The notes beneath the pieces were generated by a model. That model saw only the letters and a list, made by a program, of their open reading frames with translations. It did not search any database and was not told where the DNA came from. Positions 8,153-16,181 of a stretch of 18,984 bases of DNA are shown one piece after another. Source of the DNA: Calditrichia bacterium (GTDB lineage: Bacteria > Calditrichota > Calditrichia > RBG-13-44-9); contig JARRQT010000081.1 of the NCBI GenBank assembly GCA_037381445.1, forward strand, positions 1-18,984. The letters run 5' to 3'. Made by a program: the position numbers and the translations under genes. Numbering within the stretch: the stretch's first letter is position 1; the number at the start of each line of letters is the position of its first letter.

Positions 8153-8686
8153 ATGAAAGCTTTACTGATTATGTTTTTAATCATCGGTACCAGTTTGCTC
8201 TTTTTTGCCTGCTCCGATGAAAGTGCTTTGGCTCCTGAATTAGGTCAAAGTAGTCAGGTGACAAACTCTCTGGCAAAAAAACCGATTTCAGATTCAACCG
8301 AATATGACTTCGTTGGTCATCTTGGGATATTCGATGCCGAGGGAAGATTACTTGCATGGGAAGGGACTATTAGCGGTGATATCAACGGAGTAATAAAATG
8401 GTGGTCTGTTCTGCCGATGTCATACACCGGACAGGCGTCCCACTATGAAGAGAGATTCGAAATCTGGAATGCTGATGAGACAGAGTTGTTCCTAGCCGGA
8501 GATGAGGCAGGTACGACCACAGCTCGTCAAGGGAAGAACAGTAATTGGCGGACGAACGGCACGGTTACGGAAGCGTATGGAGAATTCGAGGATTGGCTTG
8601 GACGCAACAGTCATGCAGAAGGACATTTTACTTGGGCAGCCCCTGGCTTACCAGACCACGGCACTGGTACATTTAGAATAAACTGA
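8153..8686 (+). CDS. Lipoprotein of unknown function (beta-rich)
   Basis: Strong RBS AAGGAGG (8141-8147); signal peptide ending in lipobox LLFFA-C20; low-complexity linker followed by a Gly/aromatic-rich beta-strand domain. Confidence 0.85.
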   Translation: MKALLIMFLIIGTSLLFFACSDESALAPELGQSSQVTNSLAKKPISDSTEYDFVGHLGIFDAEGRLLAWEGTISGDINGVIKWWSVLPMSYTGQASHYEERFEIWNADETELFLAGDEAGTTTARQGKNSNWRTNGTVTEAYGEFEDWLGRNSHAEGHFTWAAPGLPDHGTGTFRIN

Positions 8687-8697
8687 TAATAATAGCA

Positions 8698-8760
8698 GAG
8701 CTGGCTGGACACCTGCGAGTGAGCAGGGTGTGGGTGACCAAGGTTCTCAAAACGCATTAA
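8698..8760 (+). repeat. Truncated second copy of the HTH coding sequence at 2553-2606
   Basis: ELAGHLRVSRVWVTKVLK vs ELARHLGVSRGWVTKVLK (15/18 aa; 44/54 nt over 8698-8751). Ends in TAA at 8758-8760; no start codon. Confidence 0.85.
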
Positions 8761-8772
8761 TATTTTGATGAA

Positions 8773-8794
8773 GCCCTGCCCGTTGGGGCAGGGC
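8773..8794. terminator. GC-rich hairpin between convergent transcription units
   Basis: GCCCTGCCC-gttg-GGGCAGGGC, a perfect 9-bp stem; the U-tract is weak. Confidence 0.6.
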
Positions 8795-8823
8795 ATAGGT
8801 TATCGACATTGTATTAGTGACAA

Positions 8824-9843
8824 TCACTCAGCATTTGTATCGGCGAAATCCTGACGGTTAATCACCCTTAGCGGCAACCCAACTTCATTCAATATCCGGC
8901 GCTTGAACTCGTCACGCCCCGTCTGCTGGCCGTCTTCATGGTAACCGCCGTTATACTCCACCGCGAACTCCGGATACCCTTCGAAATCACACACCACGAA
9001 ATCAGACCGGCAGGTGAGAAAATAACGTTCATGCCATGGCTCTGTAAAAAGATGTTCCATGGCCCCTTTCCCGATGAAGGCGCAGAGCGGGATTTCCGGA
9101 AAAACGAACATATACTTCTGCTTTAACATCCGGTAGGCATCCCGTGCCTTGGGGGAACCGAATACCGGTCCCACCCGCCGTTTGACACCGATGGATATGA
9201 GTGCCCTTTTTAATTCGGGCAGCATGCGAAAGTCCCGGTCTTCCACCCGGATGAGGAAGAGATCGTGCAGCTTCTGCATGATTTTGACCGCATCGTCCTT
9301 GGAGAGTCCCATGGCGAGCTGGGCTTTTTTCATATGCCCGGTGACGGCCATTTGCACCAGGCAGTTGAACTCGATGAGGGAGAGCGTCTCATAGACGTCC
9401 CGCTCCCAGGCGAGCTGCATTTGACGGGTGTCCTCCTCCCGCTGGAGCTGGAGTGCTTCCAACTGCTGCATCCGATATTTTTCCTCCGCCTGCCGCAATG
9501 CCTCCCCCCGGCGGCACTCTTCTTCGATTTGCCGATCTCTTTCCTTCCTTTCACATTCATCGCAGCGCTCCCTGCGAAAATCCCGATAGTATTCGACGGG
9601 ATCCATGCGGCGCCGGAAGACGCCCACCGGTCCGCCGCAGTCCCGGCAGGTGTACTCGGCAAAAAAGGCCCGGGAGTTGGCGAAGACTGTTTTGGGCACC
9701 TGGGTGCGGTGGATGCCAAAGCGCAGGCCCAGCTCTTCGATGGTGTAGGTGAATTTCCGTCCCTCCAGCTCCCAGAAGAGCCTGCATAATTCCCGGGTTT
9801 TGGCGTCCTCGGAGAGGTGTTCGACTTTGATCAATAATGACAT
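8824..9843 (-). CDS. DUF2726-like (Vsr/PD-(D/E)XK-fold) nuclease domain protein with N-terminal HTH-like region, Zn ribbon and coiled coil
   Basis: C-terminal motifs VFPEIPL, RSDFVVCD, FAVEYNGGYH, RDEFKRRILNEVGLPLRVI; C66xxC69 and C94xxC97; E/R/Q-rich helix at about residues 98-150; RBS AAGGAG overlapping the end of the upstream gene. Confidence 0.78.
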   Translation of the reverse strand: MSLLIKVEHLSEDAKTRELCRLFWELEGRKFTYTIEELGLRFGIHRTQVPKTVFANSRAFFAEYTCRDCGGPVGVFRRRMDPVEYYRDFRRERCDECERKERDRQIEEECRRGEALRQAEEKYRMQQLEALQLQREEDTRQMQLAWERDVYETLSLIEFNCLVQMAVTGHMKKAQLAMGLSKDDAVKIMQKLHDLFLIRVEDRDFRMLPELKRALISIGVKRRVGPVFGSPKARDAYRMLKQKYMFVFPEIPLCAFIGKGAMEHLFTEPWHERYFLTCRSDFVVCDFEGYPEFAVEYNGGYHEDGQQTGRDEFKRRILNEVGLPLRVINRQDFADTNAE

Positions 9844-9849
9844 GATGCT

Positions 9850-10113
9850 TTACTCCTTTCCGGTTTCGGGTTTTTTGGTTTCCAGGATGGCATTGCCGCG
9901 GGCGAAGATGAGCCAGTCCAGGGAAACCCCGGCCAGACGGCAGATTTTCATGGCCGATTCCAGGGAGGGCGTTCGTTCGCCCAGCTCCCATTTGGAGAGC
10001 AGGGTCTGGTCAAGGCCCAGCTTATCCGCCAGGGCGGTCTGGCTGAGTGCCAATGCTTTTCGCAATTGTTTGAATTGCTTGGGAAAGCGATAGGGATATG
10101 ACGCTTTGTTCAT
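9850..10113 (-). CDS. XRE/Cro-C1 family helix-turn-helix transcriptional regulator
   Basis: KQLRKALALSQTALADKLGLDQTLLSKWELGERTPSLESAMKICRLAGVSLDWLIFAR is a canonical HTH_3 pattern; RBS AAGGAG upstream. Confidence 0.93.
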   Translation of the reverse strand: MNKASYPYRFPKQFKQLRKALALSQTALADKLGLDQTLLSKWELGERTPSLESAMKICRLAGVSLDWLIFARGNAILETKKPETGKE

Positions 10114-10486
10114 GAAAAATTACTCCTTATGATCATGATTTAAATGAATGTTGTGAATGGTAAATGATCTGCAATACTCTTATACCCGATTTACGGGGAT
10201 TTTAAAAGCGGGATGTAGATGATAGCGATGTCGTTTTACGTTGATTGTGGGGAGGGGAGGGGGATATTACGGCCGTCTTTTTAGGCGATGCATAATGCAG
10301 CCGGAAAGAAATTAACGTATGGCAACAAATATGGAGTATGGAATAGGCCTCTCGGACCGGCCTGCAAGCGATTCTGTTGAAAGGAGCTTAATCCGCTTCA
10401 GCAAACTTCCCCGGCATGATTTGGAGACTGAAAATTGATTAATCTTTACTGAGAAAAAAGCCAGCTGAACCTCCGCCCATCCAGCC

Positions 10487-10780
10487 TTGTCAGTTGCCAT
10501 TGGTTTTCTTTTAGCGGATCGTCCGGGAGCTCGGTCTCCTTCGCATCAGCCGGGATACCTATGTTTCAGTTGTAACCTCCAGACTTATGGATTACTGGGT
10601 AGGTCATTGGTAACAGCGGCGGGTCCGCGTCAAATGGGGCATTGTTTTGAGTACCATTGGTCCGGTGCTTCGGTTTGCACTTATGCTCCGGTCGATATTC
10701 CATTGTGGACGGTTCTCGCTATGAACTCGGTCCCTATATTTCTTTTCATGGCAAGCATTATTCCCCTATAGGCATTGCCA
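10487..10780 (+). pseudogene. Decayed integral membrane protein fragment, MFS-transporter-like
   Basis: Hydrophobic segments are spread over different frames (SVAIGFLLAD..HQPGYLCF; SVVTSRLMDYW; WGIVLSTIGPVL; DIPLWTVLAMNSVPIFLFMASIIP*AL), with frameshifts and stops. The family call is by resemblance only. Confidence 0.35.
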
Positions 10781-11120
10781 CGGGGCGGAATTTGCTCTAA
10801 CAAATTCGGCGGTTTAGCAGGATGATCAATTGCAGCGCTATGATTTCTTCCTTAATATACAAGTGAATTTTCAGACATATAGAATTGCCAACATAATCAT
10901 TTTAATATGTATTATACAAAAAATATTGCAAAAATGGCAACTCGAAGGGCATAACTTCGTATAAATTTGCATTTGATGGAAGTAGAATAAACAAACGAAC
11001 CAGTTGGGATGATAGTGTTCTGCTTCAGAAAAAAATTGGAAATAGATCGACAACCTTTTTAATTTTTGCAGCCTTTCAGATATAATCCTCATTTTTTCTC
11101 TTAAAAAGGGGAACCCCAAA

Positions 11121-14100
11121 ATGAGTATTAATTTCAGAGATAGCGGACTTAGAGTTCCCGGCACCTCTTTCCTAAAGATTCTGATTCTTCTGCTTCCGCT
11201 GTTTCTCCTGCATGTGGTATTTGTCATGAATATCAGCGCCCAAATGCTGTTTGGAGATGAACTTGCGAATCCGGATCTGAAGTTTCAGCATATTACTGTG
11301 GCAGATGGTCTTCCACAAAACACGGTCAACAGGATCATGCAGGATCATCTCGGTTTTCTGTGGATCACCACTCAAAATGGTCTGGCTAAATACGATGGCT
11401 ACGATTTTACCGTTTACAGGTTCGACACAGGTATTGCCGATTCCACCCAAAACGATCTGCAAAAAAGCTTAAGTGCCCGTAATCTTACCGAGCTGCTGGA
11501 GGATCATCTGGGCTGCATCTGGGTGGGCACTAACTCGGGTGGTCTGAATAAATTTGATCCTGAAACCGAGTTATTTACCCATTATCATCATCGGGAGGAA
11601 GACATCAACAGCCTGAGCAATGATGGCACCTACACACTCTATGAGGATAAAAATGGCGTTCTTTGGGTTGGCACGGTGGACGGATTAAACAGATTCAACC
11701 GGCGGCAAGAAACATTTACCTCTTATTACCACGATCCGCAGGATTCTGCGAGCCTGAGCGATAATGAAGTCTATGCCATGCTGGAAGACCGCTTTGGGAA
11801 TTTCTGGGTGGGGACCAAGAACGGCCTCAATTTGTTCAACCGGAATTCCGGAAAAGTAAAGCGGTATCTCCACGATCCCAATGATCCGGGCAGTTTGAGT
11901 CATAATTTGATTTCTTTCATTTATGAAGACAAATCAGGTGTTCTTTGGATTGGCACATCGGGAGGCGGTTTGAATCGCTTTGACCAGGAGACGGATACCT
12001 TCCGGCATTTTAAGCAGCAGACAAAAAATCCCTACGGTATAAGCAGCAACAATGTTTATGCCGTACTGGAAGATCACCGGAATAATTTCTGGGTAGGTAC
12101 TTTTGGAGGAGGTCTTAACCTTTTTGACCGTGAAGATGAGCGATTCTATCATTATTTTAATTCTCCCAATAATCCCCACAGCCTCAGTGGAAATTTTGTC
12201 CGCTTTATCTTCGAAGATCATTCCGGGGTTCTGTGGATAGGCACCTGGCTAAACGGTTTGAACAAACTCGACATTTATGGAAAGAAATTTACCCATTATC
12301 AACACAATCCAAGAAATGAAAACAGTCTGAATAATAACCGGACTTGGGCCCTGGAAGCAGACGGAGACGGAAACTTATGGATCGGTACCGATGGAGGCGG
12401 ATTAAATCTGCTGGACCGCAAAACCGGCCAATTCAGCGCATTTCTTCATGATCCTGACGATCCGCATAGTCTTGGCAGCAACAAAGTGGGAGTCGTTTAC
12501 CTGGACCCGGAAGGAATATTGTGGATTGGAACTTACGGCGGCGGTTTGAATCGGTTTGACCGGGAAAACAGGCGGTTTTTCCGTTATGTTCATGATCCTG
12601 ACGATCCGAACAGCCTGAGTAATAATGTGGTGATGGCCATTTTTCGGGATTCAGAAGGATACCTGTGGATCGGGACCTGGAATGGCGCATTGAATAAACT
12701 GGATCCGGAAAACGAAAAATTCATCCATTATTTTCCGGATAATAACGATCCTGAATCGATCAGCAGCGCCCGGATAAATTCAATTTTTGAAGATTCGCAT
12801 GAGACATTATGGTTAGGCACCGACGGACAGGGTTTGAATAAATATAATCGGGATGAAGATAATTTCACCCGGTTTTATGATCCGAAGAAGGGACTGGATG
12901 TAATCCTGACTATGATTGAAGATTCCCGGGGTCTCTTCTGGATTGGCACTTATCGGGGTGGATTGCATCTGTTTGACCGCTACAATGGAACTTCCCTTGT
13001 ATTTTCGGAAAAAGACGGCCTGCCCAATAACAGCATCAAGGGAATAGTGGAAGATGAGGCTGGAAACCTGTGGCTGAGCACGGAGCGGGGATTATCGAAA
13101 TTTAATTATGAAAAGAGAAATTTCAGAAATTATGATGTGGCGGATGGTCTTCAGGGAAGCCATTTTCATAATCATGCCGCTGTAAGAGGGATGGACGGAA
13201 AACTATATTTTGGTGGAGAAAACGGATTTAACAGTTTTTATCCCACTCGTTTGCAGGATAACCAGATTCCTCCTCGGCTTGTTTTTACAAATTTCGAAAT
13301 TTTAAATCAATCAGTTGCTGTTAAAGAGATTTCTGCTCTTAAAAGTCGCTTGAGCACCGGAGAAGAAATAATTCTCTCCCACTGGCAAAATGACATTTGT
13401 ATCAATTACTCCGCACTGCATTTCAGTGCTCCGGAAAAAAACCGATATGCTTTCAAACTGGAAAATTATGATCAAAACTGGCGATATGTCGGAGATTTGC
13501 GCGATGCAACCTATACCAATCTGGATCCCGGCGAATATATTTTTCAGCTGAAAGCGTCCAACGGTGACGGGGTGTGGAACGAAGCAGGCGCCTCGCTTAA
13601 AATTATCATAAAACCTCCTTTCTGGCAAAGCTGGTGGTTCAGGATGTTGGCTACCATATTCATCCTGAGTCTGGTCTTTGTGGCATACCAACGCAAAATG
13701 AAAAATGCCCGCATGAAAACTGAACTTCGCGCGGCGCATAATGCTCAGATGTCTATCATGCCCCAATCCGATCCTCGCATCGAAGGATTTGATATCTCGG
13801 GCATATGCATTCCCGCCAATGAGGTGGGCGGCGATTTCTATGATTACCTCTGGTTGGATAAAGATTCCAGAAAATTCACGATTGCTATTGGCGATGTTTC
13901 CGGCAAAGCAATGCATTCAGCCATCACGGCCATAATGACCAGCGGAATGATCAATAGCGCAGCCGAAGAGAATACTTCGGTCAGTCAAATCATGACCCGG
14001 CTGAATCGCCCCATGATCCTCAAAACAGATAAGAATATGTTTACGGTGCTGTGTCTGATGTGTTTTGATATTAGCAGTAAATCCATGAGTTTTACCAATG

Positions 14101-14450
14101 CCGGCCTGGACCGCCCACTCCATAAATCCGGGGAAAAGGTAGATTTTCTGGAGGGAAATGGTCCGAAATTTCCCCTGGGAACGGTAGCGGATACCGTCTA
14201 TCAGGAAACGCAGGTCAAATTAAGACCGGGCGATCTAATTGTATTGACCACTGATGGCATCTCTGAATCCCAGAATCCCCGGAAACAGCTTTATGGCGAA
14301 GACACATTGCGTGCATTCCTGCAGCAACTGGACACAAACTGCTTAACTGCCGGAGAGATAAAGGAGCAGATTATTGCGGAGGTAAAACGATTTTGTGGCA
14401 GAGCCTCCCAATTTGATGATATGACGGTGGTAGTGGCGAAAGTGAAATAG
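11121..14450 (+). CDS. Two-component-regulator beta-propeller / Y_Y_Y sensor fused to a SpoIIE (PP2C-type, RsbU-like) Ser phosphatase
   Basis: N-terminal hydrophobic export signal; many D-x-x-G-x-LW[IV]GT-x-GGLNxFD repeats; Y_Y_Y region (YAFKLENYD..ATYTNLDPGEYIFQLKASNGDGVW); TM helix WWFRMLATIFILSLVFVAY; PP2C motifs GGDFYD, GDVSGK, TDGISE, DDMTVVV. Confidence 0.95.
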   Translation: MSINFRDSGLRVPGTSFLKILILLLPLFLLHVVFVMNISAQMLFGDELANPDLKFQHITVADGLPQNTVNRIMQDHLGFLWITTQNGLAKYDGYDFTVYRFDTGIADSTQNDLQKSLSARNLTELLEDHLGCIWVGTNSGGLNKFDPETELFTHYHHREEDINSLSNDGTYTLYEDKNGVLWVGTVDGLNRFNRRQETFTSYYHDPQDSASLSDNEVYAMLEDRFGNFWVGTKNGLNLFNRNSGKVKRYLHDPNDPGSLSHNLISFIYEDKSGVLWIGTSGGGLNRFDQETDTFRHFKQQTKNPYGISSNNVYAVLEDHRNNFWVGTFGGGLNLFDREDERFYHYFNSPNNPHSLSGNFVRFIFEDHSGVLWIGTWLNGLNKLDIYGKKFTHYQHNPRNENSLNNNRTWALEADGDGNLWIGTDGGGLNLLDRKTGQFSAFLHDPDDPHSLGSNKVGVVYLDPEGILWIGTYGGGLNRFDRENRRFFRYVHDPDDPNSLSNNVVMAIFRDSEGYLWIGTWNGALNKLDPENEKFIHYFPDNNDPESISSARINSIFEDSHETLWLGTDGQGLNKYNRDEDNFTRFYDPKKGLDVILTMIEDSRGLFWIGTYRGGLHLFDRYNGTSLVFSEKDGLPNNSIKGIVEDEAGNLWLSTERGLSKFNYEKRNFRNYDVADGLQGSHFHNHAAVRGMDGKLYFGGENGFNSFYPTRLQDNQIPPRLVFTNFEILNQSVAVKEISALKSRLSTGEEIILSHWQNDICINYSALHFSAPEKNRYAFKLENYDQNWRYVGDLRDATYTNLDPGEYIFQLKASNGDGVWNEAGASLKIIIKPPFWQSWWFRMLATIFILSLVFVAYQRKMKNARMKTELRAAHNAQMSIMPQSDPRIEGFDISGICIPANEVGGDFYDYLWLDKDSRKFTIAIGDVSGKAMHSAITAIMTSGMINSAAEENTSVSQIMTRLNRPMILKTDKNMFTVLCLMCFDISSKSMSFTNAGLDRPLHKSGEKVDFLEGNGPKFPLGTVADTVYQETQVKLRPGDLIVLTTDGISESQNPRKQLYGEDTLRAFLQQLDTNCLTAGEIKEQIIAEVKRFCGRASQFDDMTVVVAKVK

Positions 14451-14611
14451 AGAATGAAACATGATATAACAAATAAATCATTTTGAAAGATTGGGCAGCA
14501 GGCATCATTGGCATTCTTGGGGAGGCAAAAATTCATTAGAATCAAAACTGGCCGAATAGCCTCAATAGTAATCAAAAATTTCAAATGGAAATCTTTAAGG
14601 CATCAAAAGAA

Positions 14612-15514
14612 ATGAAAATACAATTTGGCATTTTGATATTAATAGATGCGTTGATCCTGATTATTTCGACGGGATGCGAGCACAACAGCACGTCACCTCC
14701 GGGCCGTCAAGAGACCCCGGAGGACGACTCCTGGACCATTTATACGCCCTATGCCTGGGAACACGATGGTGAACCGTATGAATCAGTTTCCTGCACGGTT
14801 TATAGTGATGCCGCGGGCGAGGAAATGAAAATGCAGTTGGGAGAGATCGCGGATGAAAGATTCAATGAAATACTTACTTTATTCAATTTTAATAAGCCGT
14901 CCGACTTTGTATATCCGCCGCGCTTCTCAAAAATTGAGATTTATCTCAATAGAAATCACCCGGAAAATATTGCCTGGGCGTATTGGGGCGGTTTTATTAT
15001 CACTATCAGGTCACCACAAATCAGCGGACACTGGTACGACTATACAGTCTACACATCCGGACATGAACTGACCCACATCTTTGAATTTCTCATCGAAGGG
15101 CGGGAAGTGCTGGGCTCCGAAGTCTGGTTCAGGGAGGGGATCGCGGTCTATACCGGCTGTCTCGGGGGTAATGCCTTCAAAACAATAAACAGTCTCAACG
15201 AGCTGGAATCGTGGATATCCGATAATGGGAATGTGCCGGGAGAGGGGAATCCAATTAAAATCTGTCAAATCGAAGATTTCCCGCCCGATGCGGACTGGAC
15301 CGGTTATTACCGGTTTTTTGAATTGGCCGTGCGCTATATACTTGACGAAAAGGGAGTGGGGAAATCGTATCGGGATGTATTAAACCTGTTTTATGATTTA
15401 CGAAAGGGCGCTTCCTTTCCGGCCTCCTTCGAAAGAAATTTCGGCATCACCGTGAGTGAATATGAAAATGAATTTTATGATCGGATGAGGATATATTTGC
15501 GAGGCGGTCAGTGA
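14612..15514 (+). CDS. Lipoprotein with a gluzincin-type (peptidase clan MA-like) HExxH metallopeptidase motif
   Basis: ATG 14612 gives signal peptide MKIQFGILILIDALILIISTG-C (the ORF track starts at 14585). HELTH is followed by WFREGIAVY (third ligand Glu); the C-terminus reads F..SFERNFG. Confidence 0.75.
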   Translation: MKIQFGILILIDALILIISTGCEHNSTSPPGRQETPEDDSWTIYTPYAWEHDGEPYESVSCTVYSDAAGEEMKMQLGEIADERFNEILTLFNFNKPSDFVYPPRFSKIEIYLNRNHPENIAWAYWGGFIITIRSPQISGHWYDYTVYTSGHELTHIFEFLIEGREVLGSEVWFREGIAVYTGCLGGNAFKTINSLNELESWISDNGNVPGEGNPIKICQIEDFPPDADWTGYYRFFELAVRYILDEKGVGKSYRDVLNLFYDLRKGASFPASFERNFGITVSEYENEFYDRMRIYLRGGQ

Positions 15515-16181
15515 TGAAAAAGGATCAAATTTTCAGCAACCTGTTGCAGGCATTTTGAAATGATATTTGCTTCCCCTTATGCTTGCATTGGGAGACAAAT
15601 TGGCAGATTCAATGCTGTTTCCAGAATATGTGCGAATCTGCGCGTGGGATTAAAGCGCAGCAGCTTATTTTCCTTACGAACCTATCAGCGACGCCTTTAT
15701 AATGCCGCCTGGCTCAGCGTTATCCCGTTTTCATGCAGTAAATCCATTAGCGATAGTACCTTCAGATTTCCCTCAGTAATAAGCATAGGGGCAAACCAGA
15801 TATTCATCCATGGTTAATAAACTATTTTGATTTTCAGCATTATTTTCATTCTTCTTCGTTAGATCCATTTTGATCCGGGAGCGCCATGATGATTGCTGAT
15901 CTTTGTTCCGAAAAAGTGCAAATCATTTTCGGCGGAGTGGAAGCATTTTCCCCGGATGACTGAAAAGAGGCAAAGGCCATTTCTTCCAGTGAAAAAAATG
16001 GGTGCTGCTAAGGTTGAACAATCAATGATAAATTCAACATCGTAAATCCTGAAAAAACGCGCCATCAGCCCCATTAAATTCCTAGTCCGGCAGATTAACC
16101 TTGCGGAACCCTGTTTCTCAAATTACATTCTGCCAGGATGCTGTTTGATTTACGCCGGTTCAATCAAAAGGGGGAGGCCGG

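Noticed and set aside
9149..10093. Several overlapping ORFs of 80-174 aa (e.g. 9265-9789 +, 9557-9991 -, 9749-10093 +)
   Set aside because: Shadow or alternative frames of the GC-rich DUF2726-like and XRE genes, with no recognisable motifs.
10249..10263. G-rich run GGGGAGGGGAGGGGG as a G-quadruplex
   Set aside because: Only three G-tracts of three or more; no supporting context.
10893..10923. dif/Xer-like site (TTTAA TATGTA TTATACAAAAA)
   Set aside because: Weak match in very AT-rich DNA; the XerC arm is not recognisable.
11650..13100. Periodic DNA repeats, including the exact 20-mer TTCATGATCCTGACGATCCG at 12445-12464 and 12589-12608, considered as CRISPR or DGR template/variable repeats
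   Set aside because: The 144-nt spacing equals one 48-aa propeller repeat, in frame within a CDS; there is no cas or reverse transcriptase gene and no adenine-specific mismatch pattern.
13311..13916. 201-aa minus-strand ORF (likewise 17193-17777 and 936-1433)
   Set aside because: Antisense shadows of well-supported plus-strand genes, with no domain motifs.
15560..15817. 85-aa plus-strand ORF
   Set aside because: No RBS or motif, and Ser/Arg-rich composition typical of an antisense frame.
16144..16168. TTTGATT-N11-AATCAAA inverted repeat as an FNR/CRP box
   Set aside because: The half-site spacing does not match TTGAT-N4-ATCAA; it may be a small hairpin of unknown relevance.
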